Part shown: piece after piece, positions 1 through 10,529 of the stretch
Layout of the letters: each line of letters opens with the position of its first letter
Position numbering within the stretch: position 1 is the stretch's first letter
From: a virus
Length of the DNA: 64,000 bases
Virus record (IMG/VR): IMGVR_UViG_3300022226_000004
Location: 12,992-76,991 of that record
Strand: one strand, 5' to 3'
Position numbers and translations under genes: made by a program
Notes under the pieces: generated by a model
Seen by the model: only the letters and a program-made list of their open reading frames with translations
Databases searched by the model: none
What the model was told of the DNA's origin: nothing

Positions 1-1
1 A

Positions 2-2344
2 TTGAAGAAAGATCCCTGCACGATGAGGAAACCACTTAGCTTGTTCATCAGCCCGGCTCCCTGCGGCATCATGCTCATCACCGGTAGTCAGAGATCGACA
101 GCCAATAGGCATCCCTTCAAGGACGTTACCGTCTCTGTCGATAACTCTTTCCTTTTTGAATCGCCCGCAACCAGGCTGAGACCCAAACCCAATGAACAAC
201 TCGAGAGTTGATGGTATAGTCTGAACTGGCGCCGTGAAGTTCACTGAAAAATCAGAGATGGTTTTCTCGAGATCGGTCTTGAAGTCATCTGCCCCGGATT
301 CAAGAACAGTCGTGTAGCCATCCAAAACATAATCAGAACCTCCCGTAATGCGCTCTCGATTGAAATTGTCATCAGTGTATTCCTTGAGTGCGAAGTCAGT
401 AGCGCTCGCCATCACAAACCTATCGGACGATTCGCATTCACCGCATAGTTCCGACTCAGAAACAGCACCAATTCTTGAGCACACTGAATCAGGGTCGGCT
501 GGCAGATCGGGGTCCTCTGTCGCATTTAGGATGTAAGTCGGTGGATCAGTAAAGGGCTCGCTGGTTGCCGGGTTCGATGGCCCTTCCTTGACGGCATCAG
601 CGCTCAGTGCTTCACGAGTGCAAATCTCTAACTCCTCTAGAAAGGCGGCAATGGTCTGAGCCTTCCTGCCGCTTAGCCAATGGAATGCGGTGAAACCATG
701 GTCAACTAAATCCGCACCAAGCTGAGCGTTAGTCAGGTTGAAAACCAAGCTCATGTTAGGACAAACGTTTTCATCGGTTGGCCATGAAAACCAAAGCTCC
801 TTGAATTGCGGATTCCACCCTCCCACAAAATGCTGGCAAGCATCCTGATTCAGCGGGCCGAACGAAATATCATCGCGCTCAATGCCATCGAATACCACAT
901 TGCTGACCATTCGCTGCCAATCAATTTCCCTGGGGCGCTTGTCAAAAGACGTGAACTGAAGTAAGCGATCCTCAGACCAATAGTAATGAGCGTCACCTGT
1001 ATTGACCAAGCTCCACTTGTATTTGAGTGAGTCCTCACCCTTGTAAATCTGCTCAATGAAAAACACTGGGTCTGTGTCCTGCGAACCAGCTGTCAGGGCA
1101 ACGCGATATATCGAGAGATCCGTGTAGATGAACATGAAGTCATTCAGGCCCTCAATCCTCAAGATTGTCTCGCCTATGCCTAGATCTTGAAACCCTGCTA
1201 GCGAATCATCAGACGGGACATAACTTGTCGGGTCATTGAAGTCAGACCAAACAATCCGATCTCGGTGGCGAATACCGTCCTGAACAACATCGCCAAAAAA
1301 GATGAACCCCTTCCACTCGCCAACGACACTTGCCGCCGTAATGTTGAGAGTGTCGAGATCGTCTATCTCAACGGCAGCCCAAAGATCACACCCCTGAGGC
1401 TGAGACAGCATGTTCCAATAAAGTGGAGGGTTGAAGCCGTTCGTGAAGATCACTGAATTCTCATGGACAGCAGACATGAACTTCGTTTGAGAGCAGTTGT
1501 TGCAATCCTCGTCTTCATCCACAACCCCGCCAAGACCATCGGCCAGGATCTTCCAGTTGCCAGTGTCTTCATTGAGTGCATACAGTCTGCTCTTCGTTCC
1601 AGCCACAAGCATTCTGGCCCCCTCTGAGCTAGTGGCATGGTTCAGCAGGGTGATAGCCTCGAGACACCCGCTCCTAGTCTTGAGCTCATCGCCGCAATAA
1701 GTATAGGTGTATCGAAGGTCAGTCGAGTAAACAGGGATCGGATCCCCGTAGCCATAGCCGACAACTGTTTCGCCTGGGTCGATTTGAACCAGCTTTAGCT
1801 CGAAGTAGGATGTCTGCCAGTAATCCGGGTATCCAGTCGTGCACGGCGGGTCATAGGCGCCAAGCAGGGTGTCAAAAAAAGCTGGCTGCAGGGTGTAAGG
1901 ATGCCCTTCAAAGTATGGTTCGCAAATCGTAAACTCGCCGTCAACGAATGACCTGAAATTGTAGACACCAAAAAAATCAGGGGCAAACCCGCACTCAATT
2001 CCGTAGGGGATGTTTGTCTGTGTCTCTGGAGTAATTGAAGACGGAAAGAAAAACGGATATTGAACCCCTGTCTGTGTCCCGTCGATCGATATGGGAATGG
2101 AAAACTCATCGTAGTAAAGCTGCAGACCTGTTAGCTGGTCGTGCAAATCTGAATTGTTGTAAGGATCGTTGACCCCTGAAAATAATCGCCTCCATCCTCC
2201 CCGGCGACACCGCTTATTTCTGCCACGAATAGATGAATTCAGGACAAGCCTAAACCCGTCGGCCTTCGTTTCATCGGGCTGGGATCTGGTGTCAAAGATT
2301 CCAGCAAACGACCTGAGCTTAACGCTTTTGAACGGGTTGGGCAT
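2..2344 (-). CDS. Tail tubular/nozzle protein (P22 gp10 / T7 gp12-like), runs off the left window edge
   Basis: Not in the ORF track. Manual translation from ATG 2344 (overlapping the TGA of the collar gene) gives MPNPFKSVKLRSFAGIFDTRSQPDE...RDRIVWSDFNDPTSYVPSDDSLAGFQDLGIGETILRIEGLNDFMFIYTD, open through at least ~965. The IVWSDxxDP and YTD motifs are typical of podovirus nozzle beta-propellers. Confidence 0.7.
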   Translation of the reverse strand, partial: MPNPFKSVKLRSFAGIFDTRSQPDETKADGFRLVLNSSIRGRNKRCRRGGWRRLFSGVNDPYNNSDLHDQLTGLQLYYDEFSIPISIDGTQTGVQYPFFFPSSITPETQTNIPYGIECGFAPDFFGVYNFRSFVDGEFTICEPYFEGHPYTLQPAFFDTLLGAYDPPCTTGYPDYWQTSYFELKLVQIDPGETVVGYGYGDPIPVYSTDLRYTYTYCGDELKTRSGCLEAITLLNHATSSEGARMLVAGTKSRLYALNEDTGNWKILADGLGGVVDEDEDCNNCSQTKFMSAVHENSVIFTNGFNPPLYWNMLSQPQGCDLWAAVEIDDLDTLNITAASVVGEWKGFIFFGDVVQDGIRHRDRIVWSDFNDPTSYVPSDDSLAGFQDLGIGETILRIEGLNDFMFIYTDLSIYRVALTAGSQDTDPVFFIEQIYKGEDSLKYKWSLVNTGDAHYYWSEDRLLQFTSFDKRPREIDWQRMVSNVVFDGIERDDISFGPLNQDACQHFVGGWNPQFKELWFSWPTDENVCPNMSLVFNLTNAQLGADLVDHGFTAFHWLSGRKAQTIAAFLEELEICTREALSADAVKEGPSNPATSEPFTDPPTYILNATEDPDLPADPDSVCSRIGAVSESELCGECESSDRFVMASATDFALKEYTDDNFNRERITGGSDYVLDGYTTVLESGADDFKTDLEKTISDFSVNFTAPVQTIPSTLELFIGFGSQPGCGRFKKERVIDRDGNVLEGMPIGCRSLTTGDEHDAAGSRADEQAKWFPHRAGIFLQ

Positions 2345-3000
2345 CAGGTTTTAATCAGATATCTCATGGCAGCATACGGAGGCATGTTGTCATGTGACCC
2401 GCCTCCTCCAGTGTCTCTTGTCTCACCCAAAGCAGCTGCCACATTGTTGAACTGCCAGTCAACCTCTTCGCCACCGCCCACACGAAGCCTGCCAACCTCG
2501 CCATCTGTAGTGAGCCCATCATCCTCAACGCCAAACGTGTGATTATGGGCTGGGATCTGAGCTTCCGTCAGTGTTACGGCTTTGGCCCCCCCTGTTCCAG
2601 CAAGGACGAAATCGACATCAGTGCCGCTCAGCCCGAAAATGCTTTTGCCCTGAAGGTCTGGAAGGTTGAAAGTTGTGGATGAATCCCCGGCGCCGTAAAC
2701 AGTCCCCAGCTTGGCAAAGAGGTTCGCATAGGTAGTTCTGCTGACCTCCTGCCCGTTGCACCATAGCCAGCCATCAGGAATGTCTGCGCCAGCATAGGCC
2801 TGAACAATGCCGGGCGGGAGCTGGAAGACCTCATTACGGAAGGCCTGCGACAAGGACCCATCCGCATTCAGCATGTAGTTCAGGAAATCGCATATCAGCT
2901 GTGGCTGTTGAAACAGAACTCGCCGCAGCGCTTCACATCGGTCTGTCCCCGGTGTCGGCGTCAGTGAGCAAAACTCATCAGGTGTCGTTGGGCTAGGCAT
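2344..3000 (-). CDS. Phage tail collar domain protein
   Basis: PPGIVQAYAG..IPDGWLWCNGQEVSRTTYANLFAKLGTVYGAGDSSTTFNLPDLQG and C-terminal HDNMPPY..MRYLIK are the classic tail-collar signature. Confidence 0.9.
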   Translation of the reverse strand: MPSPTTPDEFCSLTPTPGTDRCEALRRVLFQQPQLICDFLNYMLNADGSLSQAFRNEVFQLPPGIVQAYAGADIPDGWLWCNGQEVSRTTYANLFAKLGTVYGAGDSSTTFNLPDLQGKSIFGLSGTDVDFVLAGTGGAKAVTLTEAQIPAHNHTFGVEDDGLTTDGEVGRLRVGGGEEVDWQFNNVAAALGETRDTGGGGSHDNMPPYAAMRYLIKT

Positions 3001-4048
3001 CTATTATCCCGTGTTCGATTAAAATGTTCACAAGGCCTTCCGCAAATTGAAGCTCCGTGAAACGTGATGCAGATTCGGCAGCCAGTAACCCTCGATGCCT
3101 AACGATATCGCGATTACTGTAAGTCCACCGGAGCTGCTTTATCGCTGAATCACGATCTGGCTCCAACCATGTCCCGGACCCTTCGTAGATACCCTGCGCT
3201 GGAACAAACGAAAAGTCCAGTGGGAACGCATTGTTTCGATCCATGAACATCTGGAGGGAGGTGAATACAGGGCAACAACATGGTCGGCCAATAGCCATCG
3301 CTTGCTGCTGCCACAACCCCCACCCCTCACCCCTGGACATCGAGAAAAAGATGTGCCCACTAGCCAGCCAATCGGCAATCCCTGAGTCACTCATGTTCTC
3401 ACGCCTCACTGCTATCCGCGTGTCGCCCCAGGTTTCATCCAGATCGCACCTCGGGCTGATCTTGACATGCAACTCAACGTCAGGGGTGTCCGGAAATGCG
3501 GCAATCCATGTTTCGATCAGCTCGGGCAACATCTTCCTGAGCCCGCCAACTTCGCGCTGGCCGGCTGCCTTTACGACAAAAGGCCCATCAATCGCCATTG
3601 GCTTGAAAGAGAATGTGTCCGTATTGATCCCGAGAGGCAGAACGGCAATCTTGCTTTTCACGCCGGCTGCTGAAAAGACGGAGGCATTCCAATGCGACGG
3701 CACAATGACCAGCTCTGCTTTGTTTAGCTCATCAACATAGGTGCTAGCCAACCCGTTGGTCTCCCACATCGTGAACCAGGCAATCTTCTTGCCCCTGGAT
3801 TCGCTCAATGGGTCAGTGGTTGGCGGATGAAACAAAAGCTCCCATTGCTCTGCTCCAGGCCTGCGGACAAAGCATCGTTTTATCGATTCCGGAATAGCAG
3901 GATCATCCCAGGCAGAAGACACCGTTGGGCGAAGATCTACATGGAGCCCGAGAAACTCGAGATTGGAAACGGCCATCTGGGTAACACGACCCCAGGCTGA
4001 ATGCCCATCTACTTGACCACGAATATTGATACGGCGCGACGAATTCAT
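2993..4048 (-). CDS. GT-B (GT4-like) glycosyltransferase within the tail module
   Basis: FTMWET, IVPSHWN, PLGIN..F, SRGEGWGL..QQAMAIGRP motifs. Confidence 0.85.
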   Translation of the reverse strand: MNSSRRINIRGQVDGHSAWGRVTQMAVSNLEFLGLHVDLRPTVSSAWDDPAIPESIKRCFVRRPGAEQWELLFHPPTTDPLSESRGKKIAWFTMWETNGLASTYVDELNKAELVIVPSHWNASVFSAAGVKSKIAVLPLGINTDTFSFKPMAIDGPFVVKAAGQREVGGLRKMLPELIETWIAAFPDTPDVELHVKISPRCDLDETWGDTRIAVRRENMSDSGIADWLASGHIFFSMSRGEGWGLWQQQAMAIGRPCCCPVFTSLQMFMDRNNAFPLDFSFVPAQGIYEGSGTWLEPDRDSAIKQLRWTYSNRDIVRHRGLLAAESASRFTELQFAEGLVNILIEHGIIDA

Positions 4049-4066
4049 CGACGCCAGTCTGCCGCA

Positions 4067-5275
4067 TCATTGGTCCTCAATCCAGAGCAAACTTAACGTT
4101 GCGTCCGTAGTCGCAGCGGTGGCTCTTGCGGCAAAGGAAACAACATCGCCCGGAAACACCCTCGCATTGAGTTCATTCAGATTCAGGGAGAAACCTCGAT
4201 CCTTTGCCACGGATCTGACTATTAGGGCGGTTCCTCCAGTCACCGTTGTTCCAGCGGTATCTTTCTCAGTAAACGATTGCGAGGCGTTGATATCCGCATA
4301 AGAAGGAGACCCTCCAAGAGTAGGGTTTAGGACAACTCGAATGATGGCCGGCTTCGTCCCGTCAACACCAGCACTAAACAGGATGGGGAGCAGGAGCCCC
4401 TTGTTGTTCTTGCCGTTGAATGTTGACTTAACGCGCAACGCAAAGATGTTCGTGAGCGTGGTGCCAACACCAGTCTTAGTATTGTCCGTTGTGAATCTTG
4501 GCCCCAATAACCCGCCAGAGACCCCCTGCTGCCCAGCAAACCAAGATGCACACTTAACCACTACATCCGTGGCGTTACTCGTGTTGTTGGACTCAATCGC
4601 AAGCGGGAATGATGGGTTGTCAAAAGATGGCGCGGTATTGAGATTGGCGTATTTGATCCTGTGAACCAGGTAAAACGCACCAGTATCATTGCGCTCAATA
4701 TAAAACTGGATCTCACCAAACCCAAGATACTGCATTTGGATCCGGTAGACATTGCCGGTCTGCTGGTCAAGCGTGTCGCCACTCGGGCCAGTGCCGTCCA
4801 TCGGGTCAACATTCCATGAGGCTTGAGGAACAAACGTGTCAACGGTTGCTGAACGTCTGAAAATCCCAAAGGTCGTCCCCTGGTAGCCAAACATGACGCC
4901 ATTATCCACATCAAAGGCGCCGGCATACTGGTTGTTTCCTGAAGCTGGCGTATCAAAAACTGCGGTGAACCGAAAATCAGAACCTTGTCCGGCATCATAT
5001 TTGGCGATGCGGCGACTCCTCCCTCTCCCGACAGAACTCGTAGCCGCCCCGCTATGAGCCTCCAGCATGGATGACGCTACTGCTGTCGATCCAGACCCGG
5101 AGCTCTCGTCTGTTACGTTCTGAGCATTAAGCGTGTAGGTGAACGAAGCCTGAACTAACGGTTTGATCGACGTTATGATTTTCTCGCCAAAAGCAGCAAT
5201 CTGAAAATCCGGATCAACCGTGGTTTGAGCCGCAATGCCAACGCTTACCGGTGGTGGGGTGATTGTCAAGCTCAT
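4067..5275 (-). CDS. Virion structural / tail-associated beta-rich protein
   Basis: 402 aa, Gly/Ser/Thr-rich, with the QASWNVDPMDGTGPSG..QYLGFG motif seen in phage tail proteins; lies in the structural operon. Confidence 0.55.
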   Translation of the reverse strand: MSLTITPPPVSVGIAAQTTVDPDFQIAAFGEKIITSIKPLVQASFTYTLNAQNVTDESSGSGSTAVASSMLEAHSGAATSSVGRGRSRRIAKYDAGQGSDFRFTAVFDTPASGNNQYAGAFDVDNGVMFGYQGTTFGIFRRSATVDTFVPQASWNVDPMDGTGPSGDTLDQQTGNVYRIQMQYLGFGEIQFYIERNDTGAFYLVHRIKYANLNTAPSFDNPSFPLAIESNNTSNATDVVVKCASWFAGQQGVSGGLLGPRFTTDNTKTGVGTTLTNIFALRVKSTFNGKNNKGLLLPILFSAGVDGTKPAIIRVVLNPTLGGSPSYADINASQSFTEKDTAGTTVTGGTALIVRSVAKDRGFSLNLNELNARVFPGDVVSFAARATAATTDATLSLLWIEDQ

Positions 5276-5808
5276 GCTTTCCTCCCGTAAAATGTAAAGG
5301 TTAATGCATTGGCAACACTAGACCTGACTGCGACCGCACCGGAACCAGATAGGATTACTGGTCCATCAAAAGTAGCGACCGAACCGGCAGCCAGTTCGAC
5401 ATCCCATGCGATCGCCGTGGCTTCAGAGTAAGCCGCACCATCGGTGTCAACCATGATCCTGAATGTTGCTGCACTTCCTGACGTGTTAGCCACAACGATG
5501 TTGTCAATCACTCGCTTCACGGAGGCCTCGGGGTGAACAACAGTGACATTGCTGGTGCCTGTTGGCCTGAATTGACCGAGCTCCGTGAACTCAGATAGGT
5601 CATTTATCCCAGTGACTGCCGCGCTGACGTTGGTCAGCTCACCGAGAGCTGTTTCAAGCGCAGTCAGATCAATACCTGATCCAGCCGTGTTTATCGCGTT
5701 GTAAACAGAAACAACAAAGTCCCTTAAATCCTGAGCGCTAATCTGCCTTGTCACGTTGTCAGGAAACAACGCCAGGATCTGTGCTTGTGTTCTTATCGTG
5801 TCTGCCAT
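5272..5808 (-). CDS. Putative virion structural protein
   Basis: FPDNVTRQISAQDLRDF N-terminal motif common in phage fibre/decoration proteins; coupled to neighbours. Confidence 0.5.
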   Translation of the reverse strand: MADTIRTQAQILALFPDNVTRQISAQDLRDFVVSVYNAINTAGSGIDLTALETALGELTNVSAAVTGINDLSEFTELGQFRPTGTSNVTVVHPEASVKRVIDNIVVANTSGSAATFRIMVDTDGAAYSEATAIAWDVELAAGSVATFDGPVILSGSGAVAVRSSVANALTFTFYGRKA

Positions 5809-6701
5809 TATCCAAATCCAAACCCGACCGCGTTAGGGTCGAAAGAATTGATGGTGTTGCCCTCGGCAAGGTCAACCTGAGGGTGTGGGTAAACTGGAGG
5901 GAACATCTGTGACAGCTGCCCTGGATCTAATCCTTGACTGCAATCCCTGTCAGCCTGAACCCTGCGATGCTCATTGCACCAATACATCAAGTCAGCAAAT
6001 GCAGTGTTGGCTTCCTCCCTGAGGTCCCTGGCGTAGGAAGGATTCTTGCGATCCCTGAGAGCGACATCAGCCTTGATCGAAAGACCAACGTAATTCTCGA
6101 TCGCTGAGTCATTGGGAATCGCATCATTTGCCGACCAGTTGTATCGGATCCCTTCCCAGTGAACAGCTACTACATAGCCACATGGGAATCTTGGAGCCAA
6201 GTAGACCTCACCCCCTCGTCCTGTGGCGAAATACCGGGAAGCGCACTTGAACCTGTCATCTGGCTCGTCCTCCCCAGACGCGTAATACGGGTAGCACACT
6301 TCAGAGCCAGCAGTGTAGAGCGTTGTGTCAGGGTTCTGCCACCTGCACCCGTCTTCAGACGCCCAACAGCTAACAAACTGGTAGGTCTTATGATCGTAGA
6401 AAAACTTCTCGCAACCAGCTAGAGGCTTGAAGGCATAGACAGCGTTGATCTTCGCTCTGACCGGGGCGTGGATCAAAGACATCCCGCAATGATCAAACGC
6501 CTGGTCCTTGTAGTAGAAGTTGACCTGGAGGGACCGCCAACACTCATTGTAGGTCTGGAGTTTTGTGAGAGCGTTCTTGAAGTAAAGGTCGTGGGCGGCA
6601 GCCATGCTCTCCCCAGAACCCTCCGGAAAAATCACCGCTCTTACAGCATTCTTGAACGCTGCGTAAGTCGTGTATTCAATGGTCTGTTCTGGGCTTATCA
6701 T
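5808..6701 (-). CDS. Putative head-tail adaptor (tail tubular A-like), Cys-rich
   Basis: Position between the capsid genes and tail genes; 297 aa; TAATG coupling. Confidence 0.45.
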   Translation of the reverse strand: MISPEQTIEYTTYAAFKNAVRAVIFPEGSGESMAAAHDLYFKNALTKLQTYNECWRSLQVNFYYKDQAFDHCGMSLIHAPVRAKINAVYAFKPLAGCEKFFYDHKTYQFVSCWASEDGCRWQNPDTTLYTAGSEVCYPYYASGEDEPDDRFKCASRYFATGRGGEVYLAPRFPCGYVVAVHWEGIRYNWSANDAIPNDSAIENYVGLSIKADVALRDRKNPSYARDLREEANTAFADLMYWCNEHRRVQADRDCSQGLDPGQLSQMFPPVYPHPQVDLAEGNTINSFDPNAVGFGFG

Positions 6702-7135
6702 TATGCTTTGCCCACCTTCGGCACCACGAACTCCGTTTCAACTGCAAGAGTCTCTGGTTTCTGGGGGGCCGCTGGGCCTGTTGACGGCTGCCCGTTCCTA
6801 ATATCAGTGACCGCAACGGCGGCACCCGCGTTTGGCTGCCTTGGCTTTACGTTGCCAAGATGGGCCGGCCCCACCATTTCCCGATTTCGCAGAGCTCTTG
6901 GATCGAACGGTGTCTGAGCTTTTTTTTTCAAGAACTCCTGGTATTCAGCTTCCGTGATCTCGCTGACTCCGCCTGCTCCACGCGACATGAGCTGCATGAG
7001 CTCATTGATAATGTAACCATTGGCCGTTGCCAGATACCCGTAATTGTCGTCAGCTGCGTCAAACTCTAAGGGAGACCCGTGTGAAAGCATCACTCGTGTC
7101 CTTGGGCATTCCTTCTTGAAGTAACGTGTGTCCAT
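6701..7135 (-). CDS. Hypothetical protein downstream of the major capsid gene
   Basis: 144-aa ORF after the capsid terminator. Confidence 0.6.
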   Translation of the reverse strand: MDTRYFKKECPRTRVMLSHGSPLEFDAADDNYGYLATANGYIINELMQLMSRGAGGVSEITEAEYQEFLKKKAQTPFDPRALRNREMVGPAHLGNVKPRQPNAGAAVAVTDIRNGQPSTGPAAPQKPETLAVETEFVVPKVGKA

Positions 7136-7173
7136 CGGACTTAAACTACGTCACTGGTTGCGGTTGTGCCATC

Positions 7174-7210
7174 AAAAAAGGCCCGGCAGAAAATCAATTC
7201 CACCGGGCCG
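7174..7210 (-). terminator. Rho-independent terminator after the major capsid gene
   Basis: Minus strand GGCCCGGTGGAA-ttgatt-TTCTGCCGGGCC followed by a T run. Confidence 0.75.
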
Positions 7211-7229
7211 CCGCAGTCCCCAGGCCGAC

Positions 7230-8945
7230 TTAAACAGCCGTGTAGAGATCAGTGTAATCGCCGCTCTCGCCAGTGTGATCCGGAATGACATCGCTGAAGT
7301 TCTCAACGATTAGGTTGTCCGGAGGACATTCAACGATTGCAGTCCAGGTTACGGAGTTAAGACTCACTTCCTGAGTCGGGTTCTCCATGACGCAAGCATA
7401 CGCGCTATCGATCCTAGCCAAGTCCTCGAGCTTGCCGGTTCGGAAGACCTTGCGATTAGATGCGATGATGCCAGGGTAGATTCCGCCACCAAGATCCAGG
7501 ATCCACAAGAAGCGTGCCGTGCTAGTCAGGCCCTCGGTTTCGGCCGCCGAGCCCATGTCATCGAAGAAGAAGTGGCAAATGATGTTCATCGTCACGCCCT
7601 TCGGAAAGATGAGGTGGTAGCTCGTCCAGCGGAATCCAAGAACTCCGTGCATGCCGCTCTCCATCGCAATGTTGAACCGCGCCAACCCCTCATATTGGGT
7701 GTCGTAGTAGCGGATCATTGCCCGGTGAATCAAGGCTGCCGTGGTCGTATCCGTGTAGATATCGATCGAATCAGCCAACTTGCCTTGGTTCGACCGAGAC
7801 CGATGGATCTGATAGAGCGCGTTGAAAAGCTCCTCAAGATTCAGCTGTTGGTTTTGCAGGTCATTGACCTGGCCGCACTCATGCAGCTGCTCGTAAACAC
7901 CGACAGCGTTGGCTCTGAATCCTACACAGACAGACTCGTTCGGAATGTAGAGATCAGAACCTCCGTAGGTCTGGATCTGCTCCAATGACTTCCAGTTCGC
8001 CAAGGTTTGATTGGCGCTGATAGCCTTGTTCCAGAAGAAGCTATTGAGCCACTCCCGCTGGAAAAGCATGCCGTATTGCTTATTGCGCTCTGCGACAGGG
8101 ACATCACCGAATTGACGAAAATACTCGTTGGTCTCCATCAACTTAGCGAACCACTCTTCATAGAGGCTATCCACGCACATCGTCCACCGACTGGTCTGCA
8201 CCCAGAACGGAACAGACCGGTTAGGGTTGAGGGCCGGGCGATTGTGGCAATACGATTCCCAGTCCGACACGTTATTGGTGCCGATAACCAGAATGCCGGT
8301 CGTCGGGAATTCAACCTTGGGCGCCGGCGAATTCGAAGCCGCGTTCTCGGACACCATGGTCAACTGAGTGGTGGCACTTCCACCGAACGTGCTGTCCACA
8401 GCAGTCACGACACGCCAAGCAGTGCGGGTAGCCGTGCCCCCGGCAGTCCGACTGAAGATGAACACCCTGGTATCCGGCACAAACCACGCATTGTCCAACG
8501 GAACACCCTGCCTGGAAAGCACTTGAACGGTGTAGGCGCCGGCAGTCCCGGAACCATCAACGACCGCCCAGTATTCGTCATTAACAATCGACTTCTGCTG
8601 CGCAAGGATGAAGGGCTCCACTAGGCTGGGAGATCCCCGAACCCGGCGCTTCGTGACGAAACCGGAAAAGCTCCTAGCTGACGCCATCAGGAAATCGAAC
8701 AGTCCGTTGACCCGACTCCCGCATGCCTTGATCTCAAGCTGCGTAAGCAAGAGAGATTGCATGTCACGGAAATCGTTGTTCTCGTCCTGGAAAATCGAAG
8801 AGAGTTCCGAAGGCGTAGCCCCAATGACATCGCATCGAGTCACAGTTCCACATGAATCGAAGGATGTCCCAATGGCTACATCACAACGTCCATCCTCTGA
8901 AAAAATATTGCTTCCAATTGGCATCTGTTTAGGTCGCGGCGCCAC
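7230..8945 (-). CDS. Major capsid protein (probable start MPIGSNIF near 8924)
   Basis: 571 aa; follows the portal and an acidic scaffold and precedes a strong terminator. Confidence 0.7.
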   Translation of the reverse strand: MAPRPKQMPIGSNIFSEDGRCDVAIGTSFDSCGTVTRCDVIGATPSELSSIFQDENNDFRDMQSLLLTQLEIKACGSRVNGLFDFLMASARSFSGFVTKRRVRGSPSLVEPFILAQQKSIVNDEYWAVVDGSGTAGAYTVQVLSRQGVPLDNAWFVPDTRVFIFSRTAGGTATRTAWRVVTAVDSTFGGSATTQLTMVSENAASNSPAPKVEFPTTGILVIGTNNVSDWESYCHNRPALNPNRSVPFWVQTSRWTMCVDSLYEEWFAKLMETNEYFRQFGDVPVAERNKQYGMLFQREWLNSFFWNKAISANQTLANWKSLEQIQTYGGSDLYIPNESVCVGFRANAVGVYEQLHECGQVNDLQNQQLNLEELFNALYQIHRSRSNQGKLADSIDIYTDTTTAALIHRAMIRYYDTQYEGLARFNIAMESGMHGVLGFRWTSYHLIFPKGVTMNIICHFFFDDMGSAAETEGLTSTARFLWILDLGGGIYPGIIASNRKVFRTGKLEDLARIDSAYACVMENPTQEVSLNSVTWTAIVECPPDNLIVENFSDVIPDHTGESGDYTDLYTAV

Positions 8946-8975
8946 CGAGCAATAGCACCAGCTTTACTAAACAGA

Positions 8976-10523
8976 CTACCTCTGGAAAAGTCGGTCGGTC
9001 AACTGAACCGACCAACTCTTTTCATTGTCTGCAGTGGCTCCAGGGGTTGAGTCTATTTTTGACCCAGACGTTGTAGATGGGGCTGGGGATTTCTTGGGTT
9101 TTTGCTGGGATTCTGCTCCCTTCTTGGCGGCAGGCGGGGACAGAAGCGCCTCTTCGTTAATGTCCAGCCCTTGTGATTTAGCAAGCTTGACGAGCTCTTG
9201 CGCTCTAGATTTTGCTAGTTTGCCAGCTAAGGCCACTGCTTCTTCCTGAATCGCAGCAATCATTTCCTGCTCGCCGACAGTCCAATATTGGTCGGCTGCC
9301 GCTGGGTTGCGATTCACAAGACTGGCAAACTCATCAGTCCGCATAAACTGCTTGCCGCCACGTTGGGACTTCCGTGACGCTGCGAATGCATCATTCAGTG
9401 ATTTCTCAATCTGGGCTAGCGTTTTGTGGATTTGGTCAGATGGGTTGAACCTGGTCGATCCGGAGTAAATTTCGACGGTTGCTCGGAGATGCTTGTCCAT
9501 CTCTTCTGCAACCTCAGCAGCAACCCGATCCAGGATCCCGCCATTCTCCTTAGCCGCTGACCGTCCGGCCCGAGTAGTCAAGTCAGCACTGACTTTGAAT
9601 CCGGAAGCAAACTCCTTGGCAGCACTCTCAATCACCATTGCCGCTTTCTTATCTGCTTCCTGTTTGACCAACTTGGCCTCTAACTCCTGCAGTCTTCGTG
9701 TGGACTCGTCGGAACCACTAGGCTTTAGCACATTGAGCTTGGCCTCGTCGTAATCATCTGGGTCATACTGCACTTCAATAGAATCCAGGAAGTCAGCATG
9801 CTCATCATCCTTCCAATCAAACCGCTTGCCAGGATTGTCTTTCTGCCACTGAGTTCGATAGTCCTTTTTGGAGGTGAGCTCCTCAAGGAACTGAGTGGGA
9901 AGACTTGAGTATTCGCTCGGCCATTTTTTGGCCATGGTTTGAAGAATAGAGTAGGTCCGCTCAGCCTTCCTGTTGCCTTGGATAACCTCTGGAATCTCAG
10001 AGAGTTTTGACTCTTGCTTGAGCGTGTCCTTTGGTGTGGAAACCGCACGAGTCGCAGCTTCGGTGGCAATCCTGGTGATATCGCTTAGAGATACAGGCGG
10101 GGTTTCTTCTTCCTCCTCGGCGGCAGCAGACTTCGCATCATCCTCTTCAGCCTCAGCGTCATCGGCCTTGATCTCCTCCTCTTCTTCTGGCTCTTCCTTG
10201 GTGTCGGGCTCGTCCTTGGGAGGTTTCCGGCCGAACAGTCTGGCTTTTAGCGCCTCAGCGGCTTTCTTGCGACCCTCATCGTCTGGCCTTCCCTCCTCTT
10301 GATTTGGCTTTCCCTGGTGAACATACTCCGTGCGGGTAGCTCCATGCGTGTCTTTGGTATCATCCCCAAGTTTCTCAACCTGAATCTGCGGCTTGTCTTC
10401 CCTGGGTTTAGGCGATGCCTCTCCCTTCCTTAGGAGATGGCTTCCTAGCATGTCTCGCAATGACGGGGCGCTTGCGGTGGGTGAGGCTGTTTCTTCGGTC
10501 TGGGTTCCTGCGTCTTTTGGCAT
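8976..10523 (-). CDS. Capsid scaffolding protein
   Basis: Acidic, low-complexity, helical 515-aa protein between the portal and capsid genes. Confidence 0.6.
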   Translation of the reverse strand: MPKDAGTQTEETASPTASAPSLRDMLGSHLLRKGEASPKPREDKPQIQVEKLGDDTKDTHGATRTEYVHQGKPNQEEGRPDDEGRKKAAEALKARLFGRKPPKDEPDTKEEPEEEEEIKADDAEAEEDDAKSAAAEEEEETPPVSLSDITRIATEAATRAVSTPKDTLKQESKLSEIPEVIQGNRKAERTYSILQTMAKKWPSEYSSLPTQFLEELTSKKDYRTQWQKDNPGKRFDWKDDEHADFLDSIEVQYDPDDYDEAKLNVLKPSGSDESTRRLQELEAKLVKQEADKKAAMVIESAAKEFASGFKVSADLTTRAGRSAAKENGGILDRVAAEVAEEMDKHLRATVEIYSGSTRFNPSDQIHKTLAQIEKSLNDAFAASRKSQRGGKQFMRTDEFASLVNRNPAAADQYWTVGEQEMIAAIQEEAVALAGKLAKSRAQELVKLAKSQGLDINEEALLSPPAAKKGAESQQKPKKSPAPSTTSGSKIDSTPGATADNEKSWSVQLTDRLFQR

Positions 10524-10529
10524 AGCTTA

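Noticed and set aside
1-2343. Apparent gene desert or alternative genetic code at the window start
   Set aside because: Explained by one long minus-strand ORF lacking its stop inside the window; all other genes read normally in code 11
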